Below, in pieces: positions 50,541 through 62,454 of a DNA stretch of 64,000 nt (position 1 is its first letter; each line of letters starts with the position of its first letter). The stretch covers positions 62,001-126,000 of the forward strand of contig CALSCP010001656.1 in assembly GCA_943704425.1 (NCBI GenBank), in the 5' to 3' direction. Made by a program: the position numbers and the translations under genes. The stretch comes from Ministeria vibrans ATCC 50519. Its lineage: Eukaryota; Protista; Filasterea. Below the pieces are notes generated by a model that saw only the letters and a program-made list of their open reading frames with translations, was not told where the DNA came from and ran no database searches.

Positions 50541-50790
50541 CGCGTGAGGTGAGGGTCGTTTTTGAGCGGCCCACCGGCGCCACTGTTGCACGCACCTCGT
50601 ACGACGAAGGCATACCGCAGTCAATGAGTTCGCATTTGTGTCTATGCAAACAGATAATAGAGCTGTTGGGAGTCTGTGCGTGTGGGTGCGGATCTGGCAA
50701 CGAGACTCCTCCACATAATCCAATTCAGTCCATTGTTCATTCAATATTATTGGGTCTACAGACACTCTAGACAGGCGCCTCAAGTTGCTT

Positions 50791-51886
50791 CTAGTTGTGC
50801 TTACGGTAGTAGCCGACGGCGTATAGAGGACATGCTTGCTGCGCATTGTACACGACGAATTCGCGGAAGCGAGCACCCAATCGAAGCGCTGGGCCGACGA
50901 CAGAATGCCTCTGCGTGTGCGAACAGCTCGCCACTTGCTAGAAAGAAAGCCAACGAGTCAATGTACGGGGCCGTAAGGAGCATGTTGAGCGGTACCGTTG
51001 GATCACACTTCGTGTCTTCGCATTGTGGGCGAAGCAGTCCACTTCGATACCTGGCTTCAAATGCCGGTACGCCAACTGTCACCCGCACAAGCAGAACCCA
51101 CTTGAGCTTTTCTTCGCTCCAGCGCGGTGCCACATACTGGTTTGACTTACTCGGACTCTCTGCGAAGTAAGCTGCTGCACCAAAAGCGCTTTTGGGATTT
51201 GCGAAGTCTGGATCAAACCCGTGTGCGCAGATACTTCGCATCGCCTGTCGCGATCCACAGCCGTGGAACAGCAGCAGCTCACCAGGCATGAATTCTGCGA
51301 ATCCATCGGCAAACGGCATTGTATGCACAGCGCTGGCACCGACAGGTCGATTGTGTGAGTCGTTGAGAATCTCCGTACGCTGTTCAGCGTACGCCGCTCT
51401 CGCTGGCGCGTTCTCCACGCGGAACACGTTAACGATATCAAAGTGCTCAAACACCTCGTCGTCGCCGTCCCAGTGCTGAACGCCGTGGTGTTGTGATTGC
51501 TTCGTCTTGTGAAAGAGGCGGCGTATGCGTTCAACTTCACTCGAGTCCAGCGCCAGCGGAATAAGGCACTTTCTGCAAAGGTACGCAGTCCATAGCCTCG
51601 TTGACACAGAATGAAAGACAACAAGTCCTAGGAGTGCCCAGTACCAGTACTTGAGAGCGGCAGAGACCAGGGCAGGATAGTACACGTCGGCGATCACCTG
51701 CGCGAATTCATACAACTTCACAAACGGGAAGAGAATAATTGGATCGATGCCGCGAAATTGGAGCCATTGAGAGGCGCCATATAGAAATATCCCAGAGTTC
51801 AGGAGTAGTACAACCAAAATGATGCCAACGACAAGTATTGTGAAAAGCACGTCGCAATACATCGGAACACGGTTCATGTACACCAT
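50791..51886 (-). CDS. Membrane-anchored PARP/ART (tankyrase-like catalytic domain, H-Y-E triad)
   Basis: N-terminal hydrophobic helices; FRVEN, LLLFHG, SICAHGFD, AFGAAAYFAESPSKSNQY, LLVRVTVG. Removing intron 50938-50995 gives HSVVG...RFREFVVYNAQQACPLYAVGY-stop. Confidence 0.88.
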
Positions 51887-52188
51887 GGTGTTCAATGATG
51901 ACGACGGTGAGGTTGGAAACCACAAGTCGACAACGAACGCAGCGAAAACAAGATATGAGTAAGAGTGATCAGTGATTCTCGTCCCTGAGTCGCCCCTGAA
52001 TCCTTGTTGGTCGAGTGACGAGTGAAAAAAATAAATTGAAATAACATAATTGAAACGAGTAGTGTTAAAACCCGTCAGACATAAAAAACGGATTTAACGG
52101 TCACTTTTATTCTTACTTCAGCTTTTTTTCGGAGCCGCCAACGTTAGTGACGCTGCTGAGGACACCTAAGTCACCTAACTTATCACGG

Positions 52189-52530
52189 ATGACGGTCTAC
52201 ACTCAGTTGGTGGAGTTGGCAAAGAGAATCCTCATCGTCTATGGAGTCTTTGTCCTCGTAATATCGTTGCCGTGGACTCTCTACAGCTCTCTCGGCATGT
52301 TCGCCACATATATACAATCCACGGGTCCAACTCCAGGCCGTGAGGCGTTTCGAGTTTTTCGTAACGCGATGGAAGACGGCCCTGGCGCTCTTCTGCCAGG
52401 CATCCACGTAATATTCGACCTTCTCGAGCCAGTATTCTTCGCGGTCTTTGGCTCGCTATATCCAGTCCATGGCATGCTACTCATTGTATTTGTTACATGG
52501 CTGTTTTATGTTGTGTATTTTGCGCTATAA
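52189..52530 (+). CDS. Small orphan membrane protein (113 aa, 2-3 TM), intronless
   Basis: Clean ATG-TAA ORF with coding-like GC, AT-rich flanks and two long hydrophobic stretches. Confidence 0.6.
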   Translation: MTVYTQLVELAKRILIVYGVFVLVISLPWTLYSSLGMFATYIQSTGPTPGREAFRVFRNAMEDGPGALLPGIHVIFDLLEPVFFAVFGSLYPVHGMLLIVFVTWLFYVVYFAL

Positions 52531-52889
52531 AGACGTATTTCTTCGTAAGAAATAAGAATAAGTATTATTATTATTAATTATCCGCGTTTTTCTGAAATTG
52601 GAATCAGCCAATCTACTGCTGCCCTTGGGGACTTGGGAGACTGCCAGACTGGGCTGTCTCATGTCTAGGAGTAGGCGTTGGAAGACCAAATTGATATTTT
52701 GATCTGAAACGGGTCTGGGTCTTCAACACTTTTTTCGTCGCTAATTCCCGAGTTTTTTTTTGTTCTTTTCACCAATTTCTTCATTTTCTTGTGTTTGCTT
52801 GATTGATTGCCGATTGGGGGCTAGTGCGTTTTCCAGAGGCGGTTTTCTAAGGAAGCTTTTTATCCCTTCTTCGGCACGACAAATCACAA

Positions 52890-53303
52890 ATGCCACCGCA
52901 GCAAAGCCCGCCATTGTTCGGCCCAGGGAGCGCACTTGGGCGCCTTACTGCCATGTTTTGGACAACAACCGTTGGACGGGTCTGCGCGTGGATGTATTCA
53001 ACGCGAATTGGCTGGCTCTTCACACGACTCGTGCTGGCTCAAGTCAAGATTTACATTGCGTGCATGCTCATGCTGCCCTATCTCTTTATGCTATTGATCA
53101 TGAGCACTAGAGACCCTGATCTCGTTGTGCAAGGGGCCCAAGCAGTGGCTGGAAGTGTGAGGGGGAAAGTGGAAGCAGTGCTGGAATGGTGCATACGCGA
53201 CGTGCTCATCGCCGTTGGAATCTACGTCTTGGTTGCTATCGTGTACGTAAATTATCACGTCTTCAACCTTGCCAACGAACAAGGGGTTGAACCAGAGTTG
53301 TAA
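52890..53303 (+). CDS. Small orphan membrane protein (137 aa, 2 TM), intronless
   Basis: Clean ORF followed by an AT-rich 3' flank; hydrophobic VKIYIACMLMLPYLFMLLIM and VLIAVGIYVLVAIVYV. Confidence 0.6.
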   Translation: MPPQQSPPLFGPGSALGRLTAMFWTTTVGRVCAWMYSTRIGWLFTRLVLAQVKIYIACMLMLPYLFMLLIMSTRDPDLVVQGAQAVAGSVRGKVEAVLEWCIRDVLIAVGIYVLVAIVYVNYHVFNLANEQGVEPEL

Positions 53304-53604
53304 TTAAACAGAAATTAAAAAAGCGACAACACAAGTAGCTTTCTAAGCTACGGAAGAGCGGAGACATGTTGGTTCCATGTTAGTGATGTTGGCTGATGGC
53401 CAAACAAGTGCCAGCAATGGGTGGCACAGACTGGCACTAGGTAGTAGGTGGGAGGAGCAAGCTCCAGCACCTTTGTGGGAGCCTGGGAGGGTGGAGGGGG
53501 GAGGGGGGGGGGNNNNNNNNNNGGGGGGGGTGGGGGGGCACGTAGTGGTGCACACCCGATATTCTGATTGTTCCGAGGGCGTCGTATATAAGAAACGTAA
53601 TTAT

Positions 53605-53703
53605 ATAGACGGTCATTTCAAGACAATAAACGAAACAAACACAATACCTCCACCGTAGACTTCTTGACGAACATGTTCCAAAAGCATCCCATAGACCCAG
53701 TGA
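53605..53703. repeat. 99-bp direct repeat, copy 2
   Basis: Matches 49023-49121 at an offset of 4582 bp. Confidence 0.9.
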
Positions 53704-54044
53704 GATTTAAAACACAATTCAGAGAGTCTGTTAAGTGTTAGAATCACGGTTAGAATCAGAATCTAAGTAGTCTGACTTGGGATAATAGTCTTCGTTCACT
53801 TCACATAGTCGTCACTCGACACTCAACTCTCGACACTTGTAATTCGTAAAAAGACTCGTTAGAACTTGGAAGGGTGAAGGGACAAGGGTTGTGACTCGTG
53901 GGGAAGAGGAGAGTGGTACTGAAGAGAAAATTGAAGAGGACAGAAATGCGATTTTTTGAATTGTCAGTAATCAGTTGATTTGCACTCTGCACCGCTGCTC
54001 CCTCTAGGGACGTAACTGTCAACCTCCGCGTAGCCGGTGCAACC

Positions 54045-56068
54045 ATGTCCTTCAGCAGCGAATCCCCCGAAAAACTGCCGACCGTCGAAGATATTCTGGC
54101 GAGTATTCGAGACTCAACGGCACTGTGGCCGGAGCTGATGAGGCTAGGGAACCAGTATTGTGATGCCATTCAAGGTGTGTATGTGTGTGTGTGAGAGAGA
54201 GTGGGTGTGTGTGACTTGACAATTGAGTTGAGTTGGTCTTTTTTTTTTTTTTTTTTTTGCGCTCTTGTGTGGGTTGTCGCTCTTCTCCGAAGTTGCGGAG
54301 CATCTTCAGTGGGGACTGGGGCGTCTTGTGACGCCGTCCGCAGCCGTGGACAAGTGTCCCTGAGCGGTCTTTGGTGTTTTTGTGCGGTTGGTCGACTCTC
54401 AAGCAATCGGCTTGACACCAACCCCTTGGCGTTGCGTATGGGGAGTTTGCTGTGGTTTGGGTTTGGAAGGAATTGAAGGGGAAGGTCCCTGCGAAAAGGG
54501 AATTTCGTGCCAGACAAGTTTATCGTCTTGGTTTTTTTTTTTTTATCTCTGTGACTGAGTGGCAATGTTTTGCATTGCAGTGACCAACGATGCGTCGACG
54601 GCATTTGCCAAGGGACTGCGTGCAGCCGCACGAAGAGCGTCTCCCCTTGCCTGTGGCGACATTGTGAAGGAAATCGACAGTATTGCGACCGTCTTTGAGC
54701 GGTTCGCCGGCAACATGGCCAAGTTCCAAAGTGTACGGACGGACGCAAAGGACCGTCTCGAGTCACCATCTGACGCGTGTTCTTTTGTAGGTGTTCTTGA
54801 CGCAACTGATTGCGCCATTGCAAGCGACCATGGACGAGGAGCCACAGGTGCTGGGCAAGTGGGAGAAGGAGTATCAGAAGGACATGGAGAAGATGACGAC
54901 GTCGCTGAAGAAGGCGGAGGAGAAGAGCAAGTCGACGGGAAAGCGCGAAGGGGACGGTTCGACGGAAGCCCTGAAAGAGAGCATTGCGAAGTTGGCACGA
55001 AAGGTGAAGGAGATGGAGCAGGAGAAGCAAGTGAAGCTGCAGGAGATTCTGGTGATTGAGCGATGCAAGTACTGCTTCTTGCTTGGCCAAGTGTGTGAGG
55101 TGTTACGCATCAAGCAGAAGGTACACGAGGTAGCGGGCAGCTGGTTCAAGAAGGGTCTGCAACGGTGGGACAAGGTGGCAGAGATTCGTCGGCAACTACC
55201 GCCAGCAACCATGACGCGCTTCGTTGTCAAAGAGCGCACGTTGCGCGAGATCCGACACGAAGACGCCCGAGGCGAATCGCACGCCGAATCGCTGTACAGC
55301 ACGCGCAAGGGCACAGCATTGATTGAGGAGACCAATCCAATTGGCGGCGGCCATCATCCTCATCACCAGCAGCAGCAACAACAACATCGTGCGGGCGGTG
55401 AGATTGCGGGGCGTTTTGATATGCCAGACAGTATGCGTCCGCCCGCGCACTCTCAGGCGCCCACAATGCATCAAAAACACACTCACGAGGCGTACCGCCA
55501 AGAACAGCAGCAACCCGTAGTGGCACAGAAACCCTACCGTGGTCCGCCAGGCAGCAACGCCGTGCCCATGCCAGGCCGTGCCGAACTGCAGCAGGCGCCC
55601 CAGCCGCCCATGTCGACCCGCAGTGTCGTCATGTCTCCTTCCTCTGGCATGCCACCGCCTGCACTCCCACCTGCTCGCCATACGCACGTTACTCACGCTG
55701 GTGGTCAACAGGTGCGACCCACGCCTTCTCCGCACACACCTGGCAACCGTCGCACCGGTGTGGGTGCACCCCCCGTTGCACAGCCGCCCTCCGATCGTCA
55801 TTATGTCATTGCTCTTTATAACAACTCTGCCGAGGACCCCCAGGAACTTTCATTTCGCAAGGTAAGCCCAGCAACGAAGCGCAGACACCCGCCGAAATAT
55901 CTGCTTTGTTTATTAATGTGTGTGTGTGTGTTTTTTTTCATTTTTTTTTCATGTCAGGGTGACATGATTGAAGTGACAAAAGTAATCAACGACGAATGGT
56001 GGGTCGGCTTTTGCGATGGTCGTGCTGGGTTGTTTCCGTCGAACTATGTTACCGAAAGAAACCATTGA
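54045..56068 (+). CDS. I-BAR/IMD + SH3 protein (IRSp53/BAIAP2-like)
   Basis: Helical N-terminus with LIAPLQ, EKEY, SLKKAE..S, ERCKYCFL; Pro/Gln linker; SH3 ALYNN..EDPQELSF.GD..EWW.G...GLFPSNYV. Confidence 0.85.
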
Positions 56069-56276
56069 TTTTTGTTGATTGTGACATGACAGGTTCTCTT
56101 TACTTATCATTTTAAACTAGAATTATGGAATCTGTAAATGATTGTTTAGTGTTACCTCTAGTCGTTGCATCGTTTCGCTTCATTTATCTCCTTCACGTTT
56201 GCCAACTTCTAGTCAACCTTTTCGTTTCACTCATCTTATATTTATTGAGTTTCATTCATTTTTGTTTTTTTTTGAC

Positions 56277-56734
56277 ATGTCATCTAATTTAATATCAATC
56301 CTTGGATCATTTGAGGAGAAGTGGAGTCCGCGTGTGGTCACGACGATCAACGATTATGACGTAAAGGTTGCGAAAATTGACGGAGATTTCTGTTGGCATT
56401 CGCATGAGACGACCGACGAGCTATTCATGGTCTTGTCGGGCTCATTGACGATCAACGAACGGGAAAGGAAGGATGGACCCGTGACACGTGTTGTTCTTGG
56501 ACCCATGGACGTATACGTGGTTAAAAAAGGTTAAAACTTCATTAATGTTTCAGTTTTCTCACCCCACTCATTCATTTCCTGGAAGGGATCGAGCATTTCC
56601 CGCAAGCGAGCGACGCACAGATTATGTTGTTTGAGCCACGAGGAACAGTTAATGTGGGAGATACGCAGGCGTCGGACGCTTCCCATCTTGTAGCGACCGT
56701 CGGAAAATCACTTGTGACTGATGAACTCAAATGA
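56277..56734 (+). CDS. Small cupin-domain protein (bacterial type), one intron
   Basis: WSPRVV..INDYDVKVAKIDGDFCWHSHETTDELFMVLSG...VKK|GIEHFP...LFEPRGTVNVGD. Confidence 0.9.
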
Positions 56735-56806
56735 GATTTTGTTACCAAATAAAAATAATAATTATTATTTATAATAATATAATATAATAACTCGATTTCC
56801 TTACCG

Positions 56807-58094
56807 ATGTTGACCGCATGGTACATTAGACGTGCTGCACGACCGATCGTGTCGCTCTGCAGATGTTTTGTGGGGAGACCAGGGCCTGCGCCGCGTCGGG
56901 TTCTCTCGACCAACCCCTCATTTGAAGGACCGCCGCCACCGCCACGAGCGCTGCCCGACGTGTCTAAAGGTGGCGCATCGACGCCTCTTACTGGGCCACC
57001 AACCTCTCCTCTGATGGGCGAGCTCGGGCGTGTCTCGATGGTGCGCCTGGAGGAGTTGGACAAGGCGTTGCGAGCGCGCGGCTTCAACACACTCCAGGTG
57101 CTCGGCGGAGTTGTCTTTGTCGTTGCAGCCGTTATCTACGGTTTGCGAGAGTCGTTGCGAGACAATTTGTCGGGTACGCACGTGTGCGCGCACTCAAATG
57201 GTCGCGTTACAGTCAGAAGTAAGATAATGTTGTTATGATTCCTCGTTAGGGGAAGTTGCTCAAGTTGCGGGTCGAGCGATTACCGACGAAACTGTTGTGT
57301 CTAAGGCAGAGGAATTCTCCCGGTCGATTCTCCATCAGATTTTGAACGATCCGTCACTCATCGAGAAGGCGTCGGGCTTTGTTGTACAAGTGATCAAGCG
57401 TCCCGAGACACTTGAGGCGATTGTGACACTTTTGCACGACTTGACGCGAGATGAACAGACCCGCGAGTCACTGGGACAGTTACTCTCGCAGCTTTTGATG
57501 CGTGATGAGACTCGCACGGCGCTCTTGGAGATGTTGCGCGTGCTGGGCGACCAAGAAGGATTCCGACAGTTTACGTCGCAGCTGACGGCGGACATTGTTG
57601 CGTCGCAGATTGTGCGTGCTCGAGCCACCGAGCTCGGCCTCTCGGTGGTGCACAATGTGATGGAGGACGAAAAGGTACGACAACACCTGAAAGACTTGTT
57701 TGCAACGGTGTTGCAAGACAAGGCGTTGCACGTGCGCGGCGGGGAAGCGCTGCGCGGCGCTATTCGACACAGTCTGTGGCCGTTTGGCCGCAAGTCAGAA
57801 GAGGCGGAGTCCGAAGAAGAGGTTGACATAAAGAGCGGCGAAGAAGTTGGAGAAGTCGAGGAGGAGGAGAAGAAGGAGAAGAAGAGAGGGGACCTGGAGG
57901 ATGTGGTGTTGTTGGAGGAAGACGACGATGGGACTGTGGTGTTGGTCGTAGTAGAAGGGGAGAAGGCAGACGTGGAAGATATGTTAAGGACAAAGGTTGC
58001 GAAGGACGAGGCGGGGGTTGACGACGAGTATGAGTATGAGGAAGTTGACGAAGATGAGGAGGAGGACGATGACTATGAATATGAGTATGTATGA
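56807..58094 (+). CDS. Putative mitochondrial single-pass membrane protein with helical body and acidic tail
   Basis: Arg-rich, acid-free presequence-like N-terminus; TM VLGGVVFVVAAVIYGL; one intron; E/D/Y-rich C-terminus. Confidence 0.7.
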
Positions 58095-58398
58095 AAATGA
58101 TGAAATTAAACAAGAGTAGAAAGAAACTCATGACTATTACAAACAAACAGAGTATTAAATATTAATTAATGACTGTTTACTGACTGACACTCTGTGGCAG
58201 TGCGAGCGAGTGTGCAGTGTAGTCTGTCTGACTCGTGAGAGCTCACTCGCGACTCAAATCAGTGTGAATCAGATGTTTGAAAGTGAAAGTTTGCAAATTA
58301 TTTATATATTTTTATTATTTATTCGCTTGACACTCTTTCAGTCTTTCTTGCTCTTAACTTTCACAGCGTATACATCACGTGGAAGCCCTGTTACCACG

Positions 58399-61131
58399 AT
58401 GGGTCATCTCTACCGCTCCGTATGGCTCCCACATCAGTCATCCTTTGCTCACTTTTGTCTCCCGTTCGCCCTGTAGGAGGAGATGTCCCGCGTCGAGCTG
58501 TACCTGCAGACAGACGAAGCATATCAGTGTGCCCGAGAGATTGGGCATCTGGGGATGGTCGCTTTTGACGATGTACGATGTTTCTTTCTTTTTTTTTTTT
58601 CGCTTTCTTTTTTCGCTCCTCTCTCTCTTCTCTCTATCTCCTTCGCCAGACTCCTTTTTCTGCCGAATTGGAGCGCATCTTGTTCACTTCTGTATTCCAA
58701 GGCGCCTCCCCCACCCCTTTGAATGGCTCTTTTACGATTTTTTGAAACCCCAAATCCTCTCACATTTGTCTCTCTCCTCTCCCTCCCTCCCTCTCTTTTG
58801 TTCCCAGATGAACCCAGACGTGTCGGCGTTCCAACGGCGCTTTGTAGGCGAAGTGAGGAGATGCGATGAAATGGACCGCAAGCTTCGATTCTTCAATTCT
58901 CAGCTTGAGGCGGTAAAACGCAATGGATGACAACACAGATCAACAGATGCACTGATAAAATGTAACACAATATGCCAGGAGAACATCGGGGTCAGCGGCA
59001 CAATTGCGACTTCGAACTCGGTAAGTGCGGACGCGCGCGACATGGACGACCTCGAGACGCAGTTTGACATGATGGACTCGGAATTGCGGGAGATGAACCG
59101 AAACGAAGATTCGCTGCGACGCGACCTGCTTCGACTGGTCGAGATGAACTACATCTTGCAGCTTACGGCAACGTTTTTTGCGGAGGCCGAGGCGCGCGTG
59201 ACCGAGGAGCCCAGCGAGGACGTCGAGAGTGGCAACGTGCATTTGTCATTTGTGACGGGTGTCATCAACCGGTCGTTGTGGCAAGCATTTGAGCGTATCA
59301 TGTGGCGTGTGAGTCGCGGCAATGTATTCCTGCGCATGGCGGACATTGATGAGCCTCTGCGTGATCTCAAGACGCAAAAGAACGTCTCCAAGGCGGTTTT
59401 CATTGCCTTCTTTCATGGTGCGCAGCTGCAGCACCGCGTCCATCGCATCTGCGAGGCCTTCGACGCGTCTCTCTACCCGTGCCCGGCCACGGCGGATAAG
59501 CGCTCGGACGCTACCGCCAAGGTTGCGGACAACATCCAGGAGCACCAGAGTGTGCTCACCAAAACAGCGTTTCATCGGCTGCGAGTCCTCCGCACCGTTG
59601 CCGAGCACATTGACACTTGGCAGATCAAGGTCCTTCAGCTCAAGCGTGTCTACTCCATCCTCAACAATTTCCGCTCTGACTCGGGCCAGAAGTTTTTTGT
59701 CGGTGAAGGCTGGGTGCCTACCTTTGCCCTTGACAAGGTGAAAAAGAAAAAAGAATTTTTTTAATTTTTTTTGTCATGAATCTTATTAAATTTTACTTTT
59801 AACTGAATCTTCGACTGTTGTTTTAGGTACGAGCTGCATTGCGTCGGGCGCAGGCACTCGACAGCGCTGGAGGAGATGCCGGAAGTGGCAGTGGCGAAGG
59901 GGGACACTCGATGTTGCGCACTATTTCCGCCAGCACCAAACCGCCCACGTATCACCAAGTGAACAAGTTTACGCGAGGCTTTCAGCAGATTGTCGATGCG
60001 TACGGTGTTGCATCGTACCGCGAAGTCAACCCAGGCCTCTTCACCATCATCACATTCCCTTTCCTCTTTGGCGTCATGTTCGGCGACATTGGTCACGGTA
60101 TTATCATGGCTCTCTTTGCCTTTTACCTTTGCTACAAAGAAAAACAGGTAGTGCGTTTTGTGATGTGCACTCGTGTAAAAATCGCGACCTTGCTGACACT
60201 CCCTCGCTTTTTTTTTTTCTAGTTCCAAGGATGGAAGGGCGGCGGAGAGATCTTCAATACGATTTTCGGCGGGCGCTACATCATTTTACTGATGGGTATC
60301 TTCTCCATCTACACCGGCTTTGTCTACAACGACCTTTTCAGCAAGTCTATTAATCTGTTTGGCTCGTCGTGGGACCTCAAGCTGCCCATTGAGGGCTCGT
60401 CCGAATCCCTCGACCCCGACCCCATCTCCAAGGGCGGCGACTTTTCTGGCAGTCCCTATGTCTTTGGCATCGATCCCATGTGGAGTCTTGCTTCGAACAA
60501 ACTCACCTTCATCAACTCGTAAGGCGAGAGAACGCTGCTTGAAAACGAAGCGCGTTCCTCATCTCATTTCGTTCCCATCTCTCTTTCAGCTACAAAATGA
60601 AAATGTCCGTTGTGATTGGAGTCATCCACATGACGTTTGGCGTGGTCCTGTCCTGTTTCAACCACATCTACTTCAAAAACTACATTTCCATTGTGGCTGA
60701 GTTTATCCCGGGCGTACGTTTTAATTTTTTTGTGTTTTGTCTTTCTATTTTTTTCCGTTTTGTTCTTTGTTTGTTTGTTGTTTGTTGTTTTTTTCTTTTC
60801 TTTTTTGTGTTTTACTCATGTCTCCATCTGTAGCTTCTTTTCCTCGAGTGCATCTTTGGTTACCTTGTTTTTCTCATCATTTTCAAATGGGTCAACTACT
60901 ATGCCCATGGCAACGCTCCTTCGCTGCTCATCACCCTCATCAACATGTTTCTCAAGCCAGGTATCGAACCACGAATCAGCTGACCACACTTCATTTCTTA
61001 GGCATATTATTATGTTATTTATTATTATGTTGTCATTATAAATTAGTTTCAATTGTAGTATTAATTTGTTTGTTGTCGTTGTTATTGTAATAAGTTTTAT
61101 AATAATAACAATTATTATTATTAATTTAATA

Positions 61132-61217
<86 letters not shown>

Positions 61218-61995
61218 ACCTTTTATTTTTAGGCAAAATTGCAAAAGAAGACGAGCTGTTTAGCGGACAGTCATCGATCCAAACGGCGCTCGTGTTGATC
61301 GCCGTTGCGTGCGTTCCCGTTATGCTACTGCTCAAGCCCTTTTGGTTGCGTCGTAAGCACCGCCTTGAAGTGGAGCGCAAGTTGGGGCCCAAGGCACAGT
61401 CGCGTGCCGGCGGCTATGTGTCGCTGCCCACGCATGAACCCATCAACAGCGACGCCGGTGACTTTGACGTGGAGTCGCGACTCATTGACGACGATGCCGT
61501 TGCCGTCACGCCTGGTGCTAATGTCACCGACTCACACGGTCATGGTAGTGGTCATTTTGACTTTGGTGAAATCTTTGTTCATCAGGTACGACGCTTTTTA
61601 TTATTATCTTATTTTTATAATACGTCTTATTATTGCTGTTGTATCTTTTTTTCTCGTTCAAAAAGTGCATCCATACGATTGAGTTCTGCCTCGGTTGCAT
61701 TTCCAACACTGCATCGTACTTGCGACTGTGGGCCCTATCGCTGGCGCACGCTGAGCTTAGCGAAGTGCTGTGGAACATGGTCCTCAAAATGGGTCTCAAG
61801 GGCAACGTTGCTGTTCTGTTTTTTGCTTGGGGCTTCTGGGCGGTGCTCACGGTCGCTGTGCTTCTCATCATGGAGGGCCTCAGTGCGTTTTTGCACGCAC
61901 TGCGTCTTCATTGGGTTGAGTTTCAAAACAAATTTTACGAGGGTGACGGCAGGCGCTTTGTTCCCTTCTCCTTTGTTGACGATGACGACGAGTAA
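58399..61995 (+). CDS. ATP6V0A: V-type ATPase V0 subunit a
   Basis: MGHLYRS|[98 protein letters not shown]. Confidence 0.98.
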
Positions 61996-62454
61996 ACAAA
62001 AATTAATTCTTTTTTTCAACACATTCTATCTATCGCTTTCATTGATTCGAAGGTGGGTAAGACGAAAGTGACCCTGACGAAGTCCTTCAGGTTTAACTTG
62101 AAGAGCCCGATAATAAATATAAAAAATTGATAAGAAAATGAATAAAATCTAATATTAAAAGAACAAAGTGAAGTAATACAATACGTCCGCCATAGAGATC
62201 ATAAGTTTTTTTTGTTTGTTCAGTTTTGAACGATCGATTCTCTAATACTTTTGGACAGCTTATCAGAGCTCTAAGCTCCCACTGCCCACTGGGAGTATGG
62301 CATACCATTGCGGTGAGAACCTCACTGGATAGCGATTGCACTCGTGCTTTTGTTGTGATTGTATGGAGAATATAATAAGAATAATTATTAGTATTCATTT
62401 TGGATACTTTTTTCAGACTTGAGTTAGTTGCTCGTGCACAATAAGCACATTGTC

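Noticed and set aside
50801-50995. ORF-track C-terminus of the PARP implying no catalytic Glu
   Set aside because: It reads through an intron; the spliced frame restores REFVVY.
49011-53703. Calling the island a transposon or LTR element
   Set aside because: No transposase, RT or integrase, no TG...CA ends, and no target-site duplication identified.
62262-62300. Small hairpin CTCCCA-N8-TGGGAG in a GC-richer intergenic patch, as a possible ncRNA
   Set aside because: The stem is only 6-7 bp and no recognisable RNA family motifs are present.
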